The position numbers and the translations under genes are program-made. DNA of 59,111 nucleotides, filler included, from Jimgerdemannia flammicorona (taxonomy: Eukaryota), in NCBI GenBank assembly GCA_003990765.1. It is 3 parts of 3 records of this genome, joined end to end, with 100 filler letters (N's around TTAATTAATTAA, not from the genome) between each part and the next. Parts side by side here need not be neighbours in the genome. Positions count along the whole stretch, not along the records: positions 39,479 to 59,111 come from RBNJ01001890.1; 2 more parts are not named here. The stretch is one strand, 5' to 3'. Below are positions 48,150-59,111 of the stretch, one piece after another. The notes below the pieces were generated by a model that did not search any database, was not told the DNA's origin, and worked only from the letters and a program-made list of their open reading frames with translations. Numbering within the stretch: position 1 is the first letter of the stretch; each line of letters starts with the position of its first letter.

Positions 48150-49602
48150 TTCTGAAGGGCTCGGAAATAACCCACCTTCGAACGCCTCGGTTTCGCGTAC
48201 ATTCCCAACCCATATCAAGATGTCGTTGTTGTGTAGGTATGAATTCAGTGTAGGAGAGCTTAATATATCGCTGAAAAATCCGGAACGTTCCCGACAAATG
48301 GATTAGAATTGTAACCCATTTTTGTTCCACATAGAATTTCCCGCATTGCTCCTCTTACCCCATGCGTGATACCGATCCTAGTATGTCTAATCAAGATATA
48401 ACCCAAAGTTCAATACTGTCGTCCCAGTTGTCAACTTACCGGCAGAACGCCTCCGTCTCCACGTTTTCATCGTTGTACAGCGCGACCACGAGGAACGTGA
48501 GCTCGCGCAAGGCGACTTCGAGGGCCTGCAAGTAGCTGCCCTGATAGAAAGTGGAGTTGCAGTACTTCTCAAAGTCGAGCAGGAACGGCGCCGCAACGGG
48601 CGCCGGGTTCTGCGGCGTCACCAACGTTGTCCCAGAGGGCGTTCTGTCCAGGATCGTTTGCTGCGGGAAGAATTCGAAGAATCTTACTAGTATTTGAGAA
48701 GATAGAAGACGGATGAGTTGGTTGCCAAAATAACCAAGCCTTGTGGAAACAGGAAAGGACGAACGAAGGTGCCATCGTCTATGGAAAGAAAAGCAAATAT
48801 TGTTTACGTACAAGCGAGAGACAAAATTGCACATGTGATGTTCCACGCAAAGTCGAAAGGCCACATCAGAATAGTTTTAAGACGTGGGCGGAAGGACGCC
48901 GTTGGCGCTAAATCCCTAGGAAGGGTGAAAAACATGTACGTCCATATTAGAATGAGTTGTTGCGTGTTTCGAGTACGACGATGATGGTGATCGAATAAAG
49001 GGGGAGATGTAACGGCGAGATTGACATCGAAGAAAACAAATATAGCTCATGTGAACACACATGTGATGTTGTCTCCTTTTTGTTCGGGGAATTCCAAAAA
49101 CGCATGTATATTCTAGCGTAAATACTACATCCGTGTCATCATTTTAGCCACTATTATCTTACCTGGGAAGCGCGCTCGACAACAACGGCTCAGTTGTTTC
49201 CGGCGAGAGGGACCTTTGTACTTCCGAATCACCTTCTTGCGTTTCCATACTAGTGCGGTCGGGAACGTAGGCAAACTCCATTGGGCTATTCAAAATGCTT
49301 TGTATGGCGAGCTGGAGGAGGGGTCAGGCGTGTTTGCGAGAGCAAAATCAGAAGGGTGTGGCCAATAAAAGGAAAATCGGGAGTGCTTGGTACAGATGCT
49401 TACCACCAAATTCCAGTCGTAATTATTCAGGGTTTCGAGGGCGCGGTCGAGGTCCTCGATATTGGTTGCGGCCTACAGCGAGCGAGTAAATAAAATACCG
49501 TAGTCGATTCAAAAGGATATAAAACTTGCTTAGGTGGAAAGGTACCTGAAACATGACGAGGAATTCCTTTTGATCATGGGTGAGGTTGTCGAATACGTCC
49601 AT
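47511..49602 (-). CDS. FAF2/UBXD8-like protein (UBA, membrane hairpin, UAS) with no visible UBX domain; multi-exon
   Basis: UBA-like MDVFDNLTHDQKEFLVMFQ|AATNIEDLDRALETLNNYDWNL. Hydrophobic WPFDFAWNITCAILSL. UAS FYQGSYLQALEVALRELTFLVVALY..ETEAFCR|DILSS..ILIWVGNVRETEAFE|VSTTLQTTSFPFFAIV..MDRLEG. Then EQQD. Confidence 0.85.
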
Positions 49603-49759
49603 TTGGTTGGAGAGAGTGAGAGTAGCAAAAGTGAAGACGGGGTCCACCGCTTTTACGGCTAACAGAATGATTTAAAAATTACGTCGCCTGACTGGCCTCT
49701 TACGTCAATTTGATACAGTGCCCATCGGACTCATCGGACTGTCGTTTTACATGTCTCAG

Positions 49760-52700
49760 ATTTACAAATTAATATAACTTAAAACACAAAAAGGAGGAGA
49801 GTTAGGGTAAAATTAGGAGTTAGTATCGTAATTTCTCACAAAACTGGATTTATTTCATATACTAAATTCGATTTATTCTGAGCAGAGATAATGTTAATTA
49901 ATATATAATAGAATTTCTCTAGTAGAAAATTTTCTAATAGATAATTTTTTTTTTTTTTTTTCAAATATTCTTATTTAGTATTATAGTTATTTATATTTTA
50001 TTATTTACAAGTAAATATATTTCTGATATTAATTTTAAAATTATATTTAGAATTAAAAATTGAAATTATAAATTATTAAAAAATTAAAATATATGTAAAT
50101 TAAAATCTAATCTTTCTATTTAATATAATATTTTATTACTTCTGATCTTCTATTTCAGATATATCAGAATATAAATTTGATATATTAATTTACTTTAAAA
50201 ATTATAATTAATATTATTATAAATATGTAATATTTAAAAAATAAAACCAGACTTTATAATTATAATATATAATATAAATAAGATTTATTAGCTTAGAAGT
50301 AAAGCATTTATACAAATAAATAATTATTTTTAAATATCTAAACTAAAGCTAAGCTATAGACTGTAAAGTTGAGATTATATAAATTTTAACTTTATTTCAT
50401 TATAGAAATAATATAAAGCTTTATTAATTTTATACTTTTGAGAGTAAAAATATTTAAAAGCAGTTATAATTTCTTATAGAGTTTGTTATCAGATATATAT
50501 AGAACTCCACAAAATCCGACCCAAACTGAACCCGAGAGTTTAGTTTTATGACTGGCATCCAGACCTGAACCGAAAATCTCGATTTTCTCTACAAATATAT
50601 TTTCGAATTTTATGAAAATTTAAACAGCATATCATCTATATAGTTAATATGCATGCCAAGTTTCTTAAATTTAGACATATTTTCAGGAGATTATTGAATA
50701 TAGGTCAGACAGGTTCGGTTGTTATGACTTTTTGGGGAATAAACGTACGGGGCAAGATAGACGGGTCCAAAACAGTGCTCACACCTTAGGGTGGTAATCC
50801 TTGTCGGGCCCAATCACTAGATCAGGTTTGGAAATAAAAGGACACGAACCAATTAAAATTATCAACAAGGTGGGTGTTCAAAAATATGTGTGAAATACCT
50901 TCCGAGGGTTGGACGACATATTTTGGTTGCTATGCTGAAAATAAAGCATCTTGTTTTTATAACATAGGAAATTTCGTCTACAGTAATGTCGTCGGATCTT
51001 TGGGTTGTAACGAAAATTTGGTCACACAACTCTTAGGTCTATGGCGTGGTGCAACTTAATCAAGACTTTCTATTATCACTTCATATATCTAACCTGGGTA
51101 TCTGGAGCGCAGAGCCAGTTGCCAAAAAATGAAATCAGGTATTAGGCTAGTAGCAAGTTCCATGACAACGAAAATAACTGTCAGTCACGTTAGGTATGCA
51201 CTTGGCTCGAGTGAAGCTCTTACTTCCACGGTAATCATTCCCATGCTGAGGTCATGAGGTTTTTTTACCCCTTCTCAGCCTCTAAATATCTACATTGAAT
51301 TTCCAGATACAATACTGAAGATATTGATATAATCATTTTGCATATCTTGAAAAAATACCATTTAGCAATCATGACTTCTCTCTCATTATACTGGAGTTTA
51401 TAGTGATGACTTTCTATATTTCTATTATGATTTTATACTACAAAATATATTTAAATAACTTCGGTCATCTGGCTACTTGAAGAGTAAAAAATTATACTTA
51501 CTTGTTAGTATAATAATAACTAATATGTAATAGATTAAGTTTTGCAAATTTTAAAATATATACATATTTTAATTTTAAATAGTATGATAAGCCAGCAGAA
51601 GAACATACCAAGTTATCATACAAATTAGTCACTATAATTTAGCCATATACTATATCAGATGTACTAGGCAATCAGAACTGCACTACTGTACCAACTTGTA
51701 TAAATAATCCAGAAAGCCAAATAAGGGCACAAAGTGTTCCTAGCTAGTATATTATATCAAAATTTGAGATTATTATTCTTAGCTGAAACACTATACTAGA
51801 ATTTGAGATCCACATTTCTAATAGAAATAGCTAAATATTATTAGAAATAGTAATCTATAGTTAGCTATATAGCAATTAAATAGCAACTACAACTATATAA
51901 AATACTCTAGAGATAAAAGTAAATAAACCTTAGTCTAAAATTGAAATCAAAAAGCAAAAGACAAGTCTGCCTACTATACTTCAAAGGATATATCCGCCAA
52001 AAGCCACTTGATTCAAGAAGAATTGCAATACTTAGAAGAAATACTTGCTCTAAAGCTATATTTAGAAGATTGTGAGCTTGATATTTGATTTGCACTTCAG
52101 TCTACTTTTTAATATAAAGAAGTCTGCCACATTTTTGATCCACTTGCTAGATAAGTCAGAAGAGAATTCTATTATATCTTATCTGCCAATTCAGAAAGAA
52201 TCTGCATCACTAACTATCTAAGAAAGAATTCTGCACTATTTAGAAAATTGCTGCCTAATTAGAAAATTGCCAAAATCATCTATATTGTATAAAATAGAGA
52301 ACTTGTAAACATTTCTGAGAGAAACTATTGAAGTAACTGGGGGCTCAATTCAATTTATATAGTAGTTCCAAACTTGTAATTTATCTTTATTGAGCTAGTA
52401 TATTATATTTGAAGACTCAACTGAAAAGATTTTCTTTAAATCTATATAACTTTTTAGCTCACAGAAACCAAACAGCCAATCTGGATATATTTGATACAAT
52501 ATCAATCTCTACTATTATAGGAGAATAAGTCAGTACTAGTATTTGGACAAAAAGAGAAGTAATCACCTCAAGACTTGCAAATTACCCAGTATTAGAAGGA
52601 TTCTAACCAAAAGTCAGTACAATACAGAATTCTCAACCAGTACCAACAGACTTACCATCAGAAGACCTGATTCAATCAGATCAATCAGACAATATTAACA

Positions 52701-53050
52701 ACTCTGCCAGAAATATCAACAAGCTTGTATAAGAATTAGAAAATCTCATTATATAATCCTGATTTCTCTCAGAAGCTCCACCAGTCTCCTCCATTGAACC
52801 ACTACCAGAACCAGTAACCACAGAATCAGAAGGACCAGAAATAGCTCCTTCAAGAATACTTAGACCTACTGCATCTTGCCCAAGATCAATAACATCATCT
52901 TCACATCCCAAGCTCTAGCAATAACTCAGAAAATGAATCAGAATCATCCTGAAGTTCAAGATTTCTAATATTCAGAAGTTTTAAGAAATGAAGACCAGTT
53001 TAGTTAAATTGACATATTGTTATAAATAATATAGAATCTAAGATTATTTA
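49760..53050. repeat. AT-rich, CpG-depleted degenerate transposon block
   Basis: Abrupt composition change. Contains a diverged LTR relative (~51526-52407) and a less-decayed CpG-bearing stretch (~50500-51260). Confidence 0.7.
51526..52407 (+). repeat. Diverged solo-LTR relative of the 41655/43936 family
   Basis: Shares AAATAAACCTTAGTCTAAAATTGAAA...AAGACAAGTCTGCCTAC and terminal GTAACTGGGGGCTCAA...ATTGAGC blocks. TSD not resolved. Confidence 0.65.
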
Positions 53051-54118
53051 CTTAAAGGCACGTAGAAAAGGTCGTACTCCTCGAGATTGCATGCGATCCG
53101 CTTCAATGATAAAGATATGTGATACAATAGCGGTCATATTGCCAACACTTGGGACAATGCTCCATATCACCGAAAACAACTTGATATTCACGTTACTGCC
53201 TGGTCACATAGGAATAGGAATAGCATGGGAACATGGGAGCGATTTATTTTCTACGGCAGAAGATTTTGAAAAAAAAAAAAAAAAGAACAGCCTTACTCAA
53301 CGACTCTGATTGAACATGTACACTACCTAACTCACTAACTCACATGGGGTTTGAAAACCTCGACGTATATCGCAATCATCTAATTATCGTCATCATTACT
53401 TCTCTGGCTCCTACCAATATTGCACATAGCTTGCTTGACCACCTCCTTCCCCTTTCCCAATATCGTTTTCTTGGCAACCGGTGGTTTAATGGGGGGCTTC
53501 CGCTGTTGTTTGGTGTAAGCAAAATGATAAAATAGACAATTTGTGAGAAACACGCGAAACTCTTCTATACGAAATTATATCTCGCAAACAAATGACATTG
53601 AACCGTGAGTAAATTTCAACCCCAACAGTAACACGAGAGCCTCCCATAACAACGACATGATTTGCGGAGCGTGCATATATCCACGCTATGACGCGGCGCC
53701 TTGAAGCGACGGCTTTGCTGAGGGAACGGATCTCTGTCAATCATGACAATGTAATCGTATGTGTGAAAATATTTGCCGGAAAGATGAATTCTATTAGAAA
53801 CATTACATGTATAACATACTCATAAACATGCTCACATAAACATACTCACATAAACATACACACATAAACATACTATACATACCTTCATACGAAAGTTCGC
53901 GCAGAAGGAATTCATCAAAAAGTTTGTATACCATCAGCGTGACCCCGTTATCGCGCCCGTAGGATTGCAACTCCTTCTTTGGAAAAGTGGCTCGTCAGGT
54001 ATGAATGTAGGGTTAGTAAGATCAGACAGGGTAACCAAGAAAAAGCGTCGGTGCATTTTCCTATATCTCTTACTGCTCATTTCCTCTCACTTTGCACCCT
54101 CGCCACCCGAAAGTGCAA

Positions 54119-54436
54119 CTACGCGCAAACACCAATATTTACCTCTGTCGGCTCCACCTTTTTGAGATTTTTCTCAGTAGATCCCATTGACTCCCACCAT
54201 CCATCATAGTGGTGTACTAGAGGGAGTTGATGTGGCCCACGAAAGAGCACGTCAATATGTTTATACCCGGCCTCGAAGTCGACGCCAAGCGACGCGAGGA
54301 GGATTGTAGCCGAAGTCTCAGGTGCCTTGGTGATGGGGGAGAGGAGCGTAGATGGCAGTGGGTCCGGAAATACGATAGCAGAGTCAACGAGCTCGACGAT
54401 CTTCCTCAACGCAACCTCATTTTCGTTGTCGGACAT
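54119..54436 (-). CDS. Hypothetical protein or gene fragment
   Basis: 105-aa ATG ORF with protein-like composition; no motif recognised. Confidence 0.35.
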   Translation of the reverse strand: MSDNENEVALRKIVELVDSAIVFPDPLPSTLLSPITKAPETSATILLASLGVDFEAGYKHIDVLFRGPHQLPLVHHYDGWWESMGSTEKNLKKVEPTEVNIGVCA

Positions 54437-54825
54437 ACTTTGGGTTTGGTAAAGTAAAGAAATCCAAAAGTAAATGTCAACGGGTGATCACGTTTGGCTG
54501 AAACTATTGGGTGACGTGTTTGTGTCAGAGTGTCCTCGTGATAGCAGATGATGGCTTCAAAGGCTGGCTGCAAACAACCGCGAATTTCGAATATATGTAT
54601 CTCGTTCAAAAGCTAAAATCTTGTGACCGGCGTAGTTTATAAGTAAAATATCCGAGCAAGCTTGCAAGATGTACAAGCATTGAATTATTTGCATACATAT
54701 TTGTTTACATTGCCATTACAGACATGCAGAGGCGATTCTCGAATCCTGTCAGTAATCAGCTCATAGCTACGACCATTTGCCTATATATTCCGGATATATT
54801 TCCAACTTGACAATAACCAACCAAT

Positions 54826-55317
54826 ATGCCAACTTTCAAAATTATACTCACAGGCCGGACAACATCAATAAATGAGGACATCAAAGATTTTGTGGAGCAC
54901 CAATATGACCCCCAACCAGAAGCATGGGATCACCTAAGACATGAGGAAGGCACTCAAGGTGTCTACACATTTACTGGATCCAGGAATAGTATGCATTCTC
55001 TTTCGTCTGAATCTTTTAAGTCCCTCTGCCGAGATCTTTCTGCCAATTCTCCTCCCGCTGCTGCAATGCATCCGCCGATATCTCTCCCGCTATCGAGCTC
55101 TCTCCATGACATACACCCCGCTGCTGAGCTCGCTTTTGTATGCTATTTTAATTCAATTCTACTTACAGATCTGAACTCATGCATTGCATTTATTCTTCAA
55201 TTAATGCCCAACCTACGTACACAATTTCCTCCTCAAGCAATTACACGACACTTCACTATTGAACATTATTTCAATCGAGTTGATGACGAGACTGAATTGA
55301 TATGGAGAGGAGTATAA
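54826..55317 (+). CDS. Hypothetical protein (163 aa, single exon)
   Basis: ATG ORF in CpG-normal DNA with TATATA about 40 bp upstream. Confidence 0.5.
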   Translation: MPTFKIILTGRTTSINEDIKDFVEHQYDPQPEAWDHLRHEEGTQGVYTFTGSRNSMHSLSSESFKSLCRDLSANSPPAAAMHPPISLPLSSSLHDIHPAAELAFVCYFNSILLTDLNSCIAFILQLMPNLRTQFPPQAITRHFTIEHYFNRVDDETELIWRGV

Positions 55318-56414
55318 CTACATTTGCAATATGTAATACAGTAGCAACACCAATATGCCGTGTTCGAAGATGAAGTTCAAACGAAGCATGGCAAAAATAA
55401 AATAAAGCACAGAAGAAGTAATAGCGCAAGGACTAGAAAAAATATGTAGGCGATGATGATAAAGGAAAGCCGACATGGCGTGCTGTAGCGACGACGAGAC
55501 GAAACCGTGCAGACGATACATAATCCGAAACAACTAGCGATATGCTTGCGATCCACCACTTGTCGTTCGTGGTGCGATGTAAAGTGATGAACTTGTACGG
55601 CAGTTAGAAAAAATCGTTGCCGCCCTGAGTAGGGAAGTCATCTCCGATAAGTATCATAATCCTCAAATCTGAAGGGCAAAATAAATGTACCTTCGACACG
55701 TTGTTGCACGCTTAAAAGATCACGGTCAAATAGCTACAGAGTTCCAAATTGTCTCGTGCATCTGCTAAACCTAACAGTTTTTATTTGATGAATAGTGGTA
55801 TTTTTCGGGTAACTGAATTAACGAAAATCGGGGTGTCCATATCAGAAGAAATACATGCCAGAGAGAAACCGAACACAGCGATGAATCTGAACAGTCTGGC
55901 TATACCTTACAATAAACAGGGCAAGAACGACAAATTTACAAGTAAAGCGCTGTTGAACAAGATATAGCTCTCTGATAGGGTCCATTATTCACCTCCTTCA
56001 TATTTGTCTGCAAAAGAAAAAGAAAAAAAATGCTACAGAAAATGCTACAGAAAATGCCATAATTACATAAACGATGGACAATTGACCGCAAGATAGATGA
56101 GCAGCCGTTGCCTGAGAAATGCCGGCTCTTTTGCGACTCCTTGCTAATGAATTCGAGCGTCGCGGTGGAACTTGTTGAGGCCTAAAATCTGCCGATAAAT
56201 AACCCACTAGCATGTAATTACGTAACCCGCAAGCCCCCGAAATTCCATGTATGTCTCCCGTAAGCTGTGAGAGACCATTTTAATAAGATATTTGTCTCAA
56301 TAAAGACTCAATAATACCCATTCGTTCCCTTGCGTTCGGTACTTTGCAAGCTCTGTAATTACATAGATGTCAAAGGTTCCAGATGTCGAATCAGCAAATC
56401 CGATGAGCGTACAC

Positions 56415-56700
56415 ATTATTCGATGGACTACTAGATAGATGGACGACGAACCGCAGGATAGATGGACGACGGACTGCAGGATAGATGGATAATGGACCGC
56501 AGCATAGATGTGGACGATGGATCGTGATAGACTGCATGACGATGGACCGCAAGATATGATGGATCGCAAGACGACGATGGACGGCATGACGATGGACTGC
56601 AAGACGACGATGGACCACAGAACGACAATGGATGGTGGCGATGAGGGACGGCAGGACGACGATTGACCCCAAGATGATGATAGACCAGCTGGGACCGCAA
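56415..56700. repeat. Degenerate minisatellite of GATGGAC/GACGAC/CCGCAG units
   Basis: Recurrent GATGGAC(C/T)GCA(A/G)GA motif; it explains the three overlapping minus-strand ORFs. Confidence 0.8.
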
Positions 56701-57053
56701 CAGTTGACCGCAGGTAGGCCCAACAACCAAAACCAAGGCCAACATCAACAACCATGATGGATTACGGATGACGGACGGGGATGCTGTTGATGTAAAAAAG
56801 GACCAGATGAACAGGTCGCTGAAAGCTCTCAAGGCTGAGAAGCCCTGAAAACACTTTTAAAACGATAAAATAATATTAAAAATACCTTTGTAAAATAATG
56901 TCATTTACCTGTTGAATATGAGGGACCAGATCCCTGTGCAACGAGGAGCCAGATATCTATGGGACGCAAGAAGCCATATTCCTGTGGAATGCGAGGAGTC
57001 AGATACTCATGGAACATGAGGAGCCCGATACCCATGGAACGCAAGATGTTCAT

Positions 57054-57188
57054 GAGTCTGAACTGTCCAATGCTCTTCACAAGTCCAAACTGTCCGGCAC
57101 TCCTCACAAGTCTGAACTGTCCAATACTCTTCACAAGTCTGAACTGTCCTGAGATCTTCACAAGTTTGAATCATCCAATGCTTTTCAC
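57054..57188. repeat. 27-bp tandem repeat, 5 copies (AAGTCTGAACTGTCCAATACTCTTCAC)
   Basis: Read directly from the sequence. Confidence 0.9.
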
Positions 57189-57743
57189 TGTTCGATGCTG
57201 CTGATGTGATTGCCTGCAAGCTTGAGGTGAATGCCGTTCAACTTGCGACCATTGTCTTTGTGGATTCGGAGGGTTTAACTCAGCTCCTGTTGGGAGGCGG
57301 GAAAAAATATACCAATTAATTCGTGCAAGTATCAAGCATAATTTCGAGCTTTCGCTCCTATTAAACTATCCATAAATTTGATACCAGATAACAAGTTCAA
57401 CCTACTGTGATGATATCCACAAAGTGTCGTGTCTGTACTTCTGATGGTGCTACCTTCATGCTGTTCAGGGTCAATCACAGATATGAGAATAGATGCGAAT
57501 TCTCGATCCAATATACGAAGACTAGTACTAATATACTCGATCATAGCACCCTTACTCTCACCACAATCTCTGAATTCACCGGAACATCCACCAAAGTTAC
57601 TCACCTGCCATACATCGGATCACACCCAAATCGCAAAATGACCCGACTCCCATAATGCCTCTATATGCGCTGGCAGATACTTTTCAATATTTCCTCGCCA
57701 TACCGGTTGAGCAGAGGGCGATCTTTCTAATCTCCTTCTCGGG

Positions 57744-58465
57744 GTCGGGCGCTTGCATGCATTTTATTTCAGCGGTGACCACCTCGGGCGTTTGCTTGCA
57801 TTTTATTTCTGGCCGCGGGCGCTTGCTTACGTTTTATTTCTGCGGTGACCACCTCGGGCGCTTGCTTGCATTTTATTGTTATGGTGAGTGCCTCAGACGC
57901 TTGCTTTTCTGCGTTGACCGATTCGCAATTATCCTTACGCAATGTGCATTGGAATTTTGGTTTGAAATATGAATAAATTCCAGTTGTGTTTGGTGCTGAT
58001 ATGTGACATAAACTATCTCAAAATCTCTTGACTCAAGCTCTATTAAAAAAAATTGAATAATAAAAGATAACAGAATAACATATGTATTTCATATAACAGA
58101 AGTTTTTCGGATAACGAATGACTTTAGATGACTTTCGGATTAATAGACAGCAAATGTCTTACGGATAATAGATGCCTTTCAAGTAATAAACGGCAAACAG
58201 CGTTCAGATAACAGACGGACATCTTTCGGATAATGGACGGCAAACGTCCTTCAGATAACAGGCGGATGGCTTTCAGATTACGGTCAACGAACGTCTTTCG
58301 GATAACGGACGAAACACGGGGTAAATGACAACGAATATTTTTTAGGTATGTGCATCTAACATACATGTTGCAACTTCATCAATCGACGTCATCTAGTTGA
58401 AACATCGTTGAAGAGATTTCGGCTGAGGAATCTCGGCTAAGGAATCTCGGCTAAGGGATCTCGAC
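57744..58465. repeat. Cluster of short dispersed tandem motifs: CGGGCGCTTGCTTGCATTTTATT (~4 copies), TTC(A/G)GATAA repeats, GAATCTCGGCTAAGG repeats
   Basis: Read directly at 57744-57900, 58105-58310 and 58415-58465. Confidence 0.7.
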
Positions 58466-58599
58466 ATTTCGGATCTCGGAAGAGAGGTCTCCGACATACT
58501 CCACCGAAATGACGTATATCAGGTGACACAAAAAAAAGGAACCATGCCAAAGCCATTAGTAATATGGGCAAAAAGCAATATGTTAAACAGTTTTTATTT

Positions 58600-59111
58600 C
58601 ACCTTCTTGGGTGTGCTCTGATAGAGATGAGTCCATATTTTATTTCAGATTACTTTTAATCAGATCAATTAAGTTTTGAGAGTATGGCAAGTCAGGAATT
58701 GACTGGCTCTGAGAGGTTGGAGAGAAGGAGGTCTGGGCTGGAGATGCCCAGGAGCTTTGTAGCTGCAGTGAGCTCTGGAGATATTGGAGAGAGTGTAGAG
58801 GGTAGGAGGTATAGATAGATAGAACTTTCTTTAATTGGCCATATAGTGGTTCTGAATGTTTATTGGCTTTTAAAACTATAGTGTCTGGGATACTATCTGA
58901 ATTTTCCTGGGTAGGTAGTTTAGAGGCTAAAGAAGGCAGTGAAGAGATAGTAGTAAAAAGAGAGGTAGCTCTAGATAAGGTGAGATATTATAGTAATGAA
59001 GATTCTTAATAGTAGTTTGGGGTTGGTGGACTTTTGTCAGTAGTTGAAGATATTGAGAGATTGATAGAATAAAAGAGCTAGGAGAGAAGGAGTGGAGTAG
59101 GTTTTTTTTTT
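58600..59111. repeat. Start of another CpG-depleted degenerate repeat block
   Basis: No CpG seen in about 500 bp; purine-rich; family not identified. Confidence 0.55.

Noticed and set aside
47621..48330. Poly-Phe and poly-Lys ORFs
   Set aside because: They come from an intronic homopolymer run in the FAF2-like gene.
50500..51260. Possible MITE within the AT-rich block
   Set aside because: It retains CpG, but matching TIRs and a TSD could not be identified.
56297..56832. Three overlapping minus-strand ORFs
   Set aside because: Produced by a stop-poor minisatellite.
57054..57188. Possible CRISPR array
   Set aside because: The units are contiguous with no unique spacers, and the context is eukaryotic with no cas genes.

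Overview
Eukaryotic genomic DNA with spliceosomal GT-AG introns. The gene types and T(n)A(n) intron runs suggest an early-diverging fungus (Mucoromycota-like); this is inference only. CpG-normal gene islands (1-8.9 kb, 36.8-39.4 kb, 45.7-49.7 kb, 53.0-58.6 kb) alternate sharply with CpG-depleted, C>T/G>A-hypermutated transposon nests (9.0-36.8 kb, 39.5-45.7 kb, 49.8-53.0 kb, 58.6 kb-end). Genes: an HSPA12-like Hsp70, a multi-exon Lys/Arg-rich SAM-like-domain gene, a FAF2/UBXD8-like gene with no visible UBX domain, a NAL1-like N-terminal domain with no protease domain, and a possible Scc3/STAG fragment. Mobile DNA: a chromodomain Ty3/gypsy relic; a Ty3/gypsy with a dUTPase between protease and RT plus an extra ORF after integrase; a second relic with a zinc knuckle fused in frame to a dUTPase; four copies of a G-rich L1-like LINE that all keep the 5' end; three copies of a related short non-autonomous retroelement; a hAT transposon and its 550-bp MITE; and solo LTRs inserted at ATAT. 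Two 100-nt N-gaps carry an artificial TTAATTAATTAA linker, so adjacency across them is uncertain. All family calls come from motifs recognised by eye; no searches were run.
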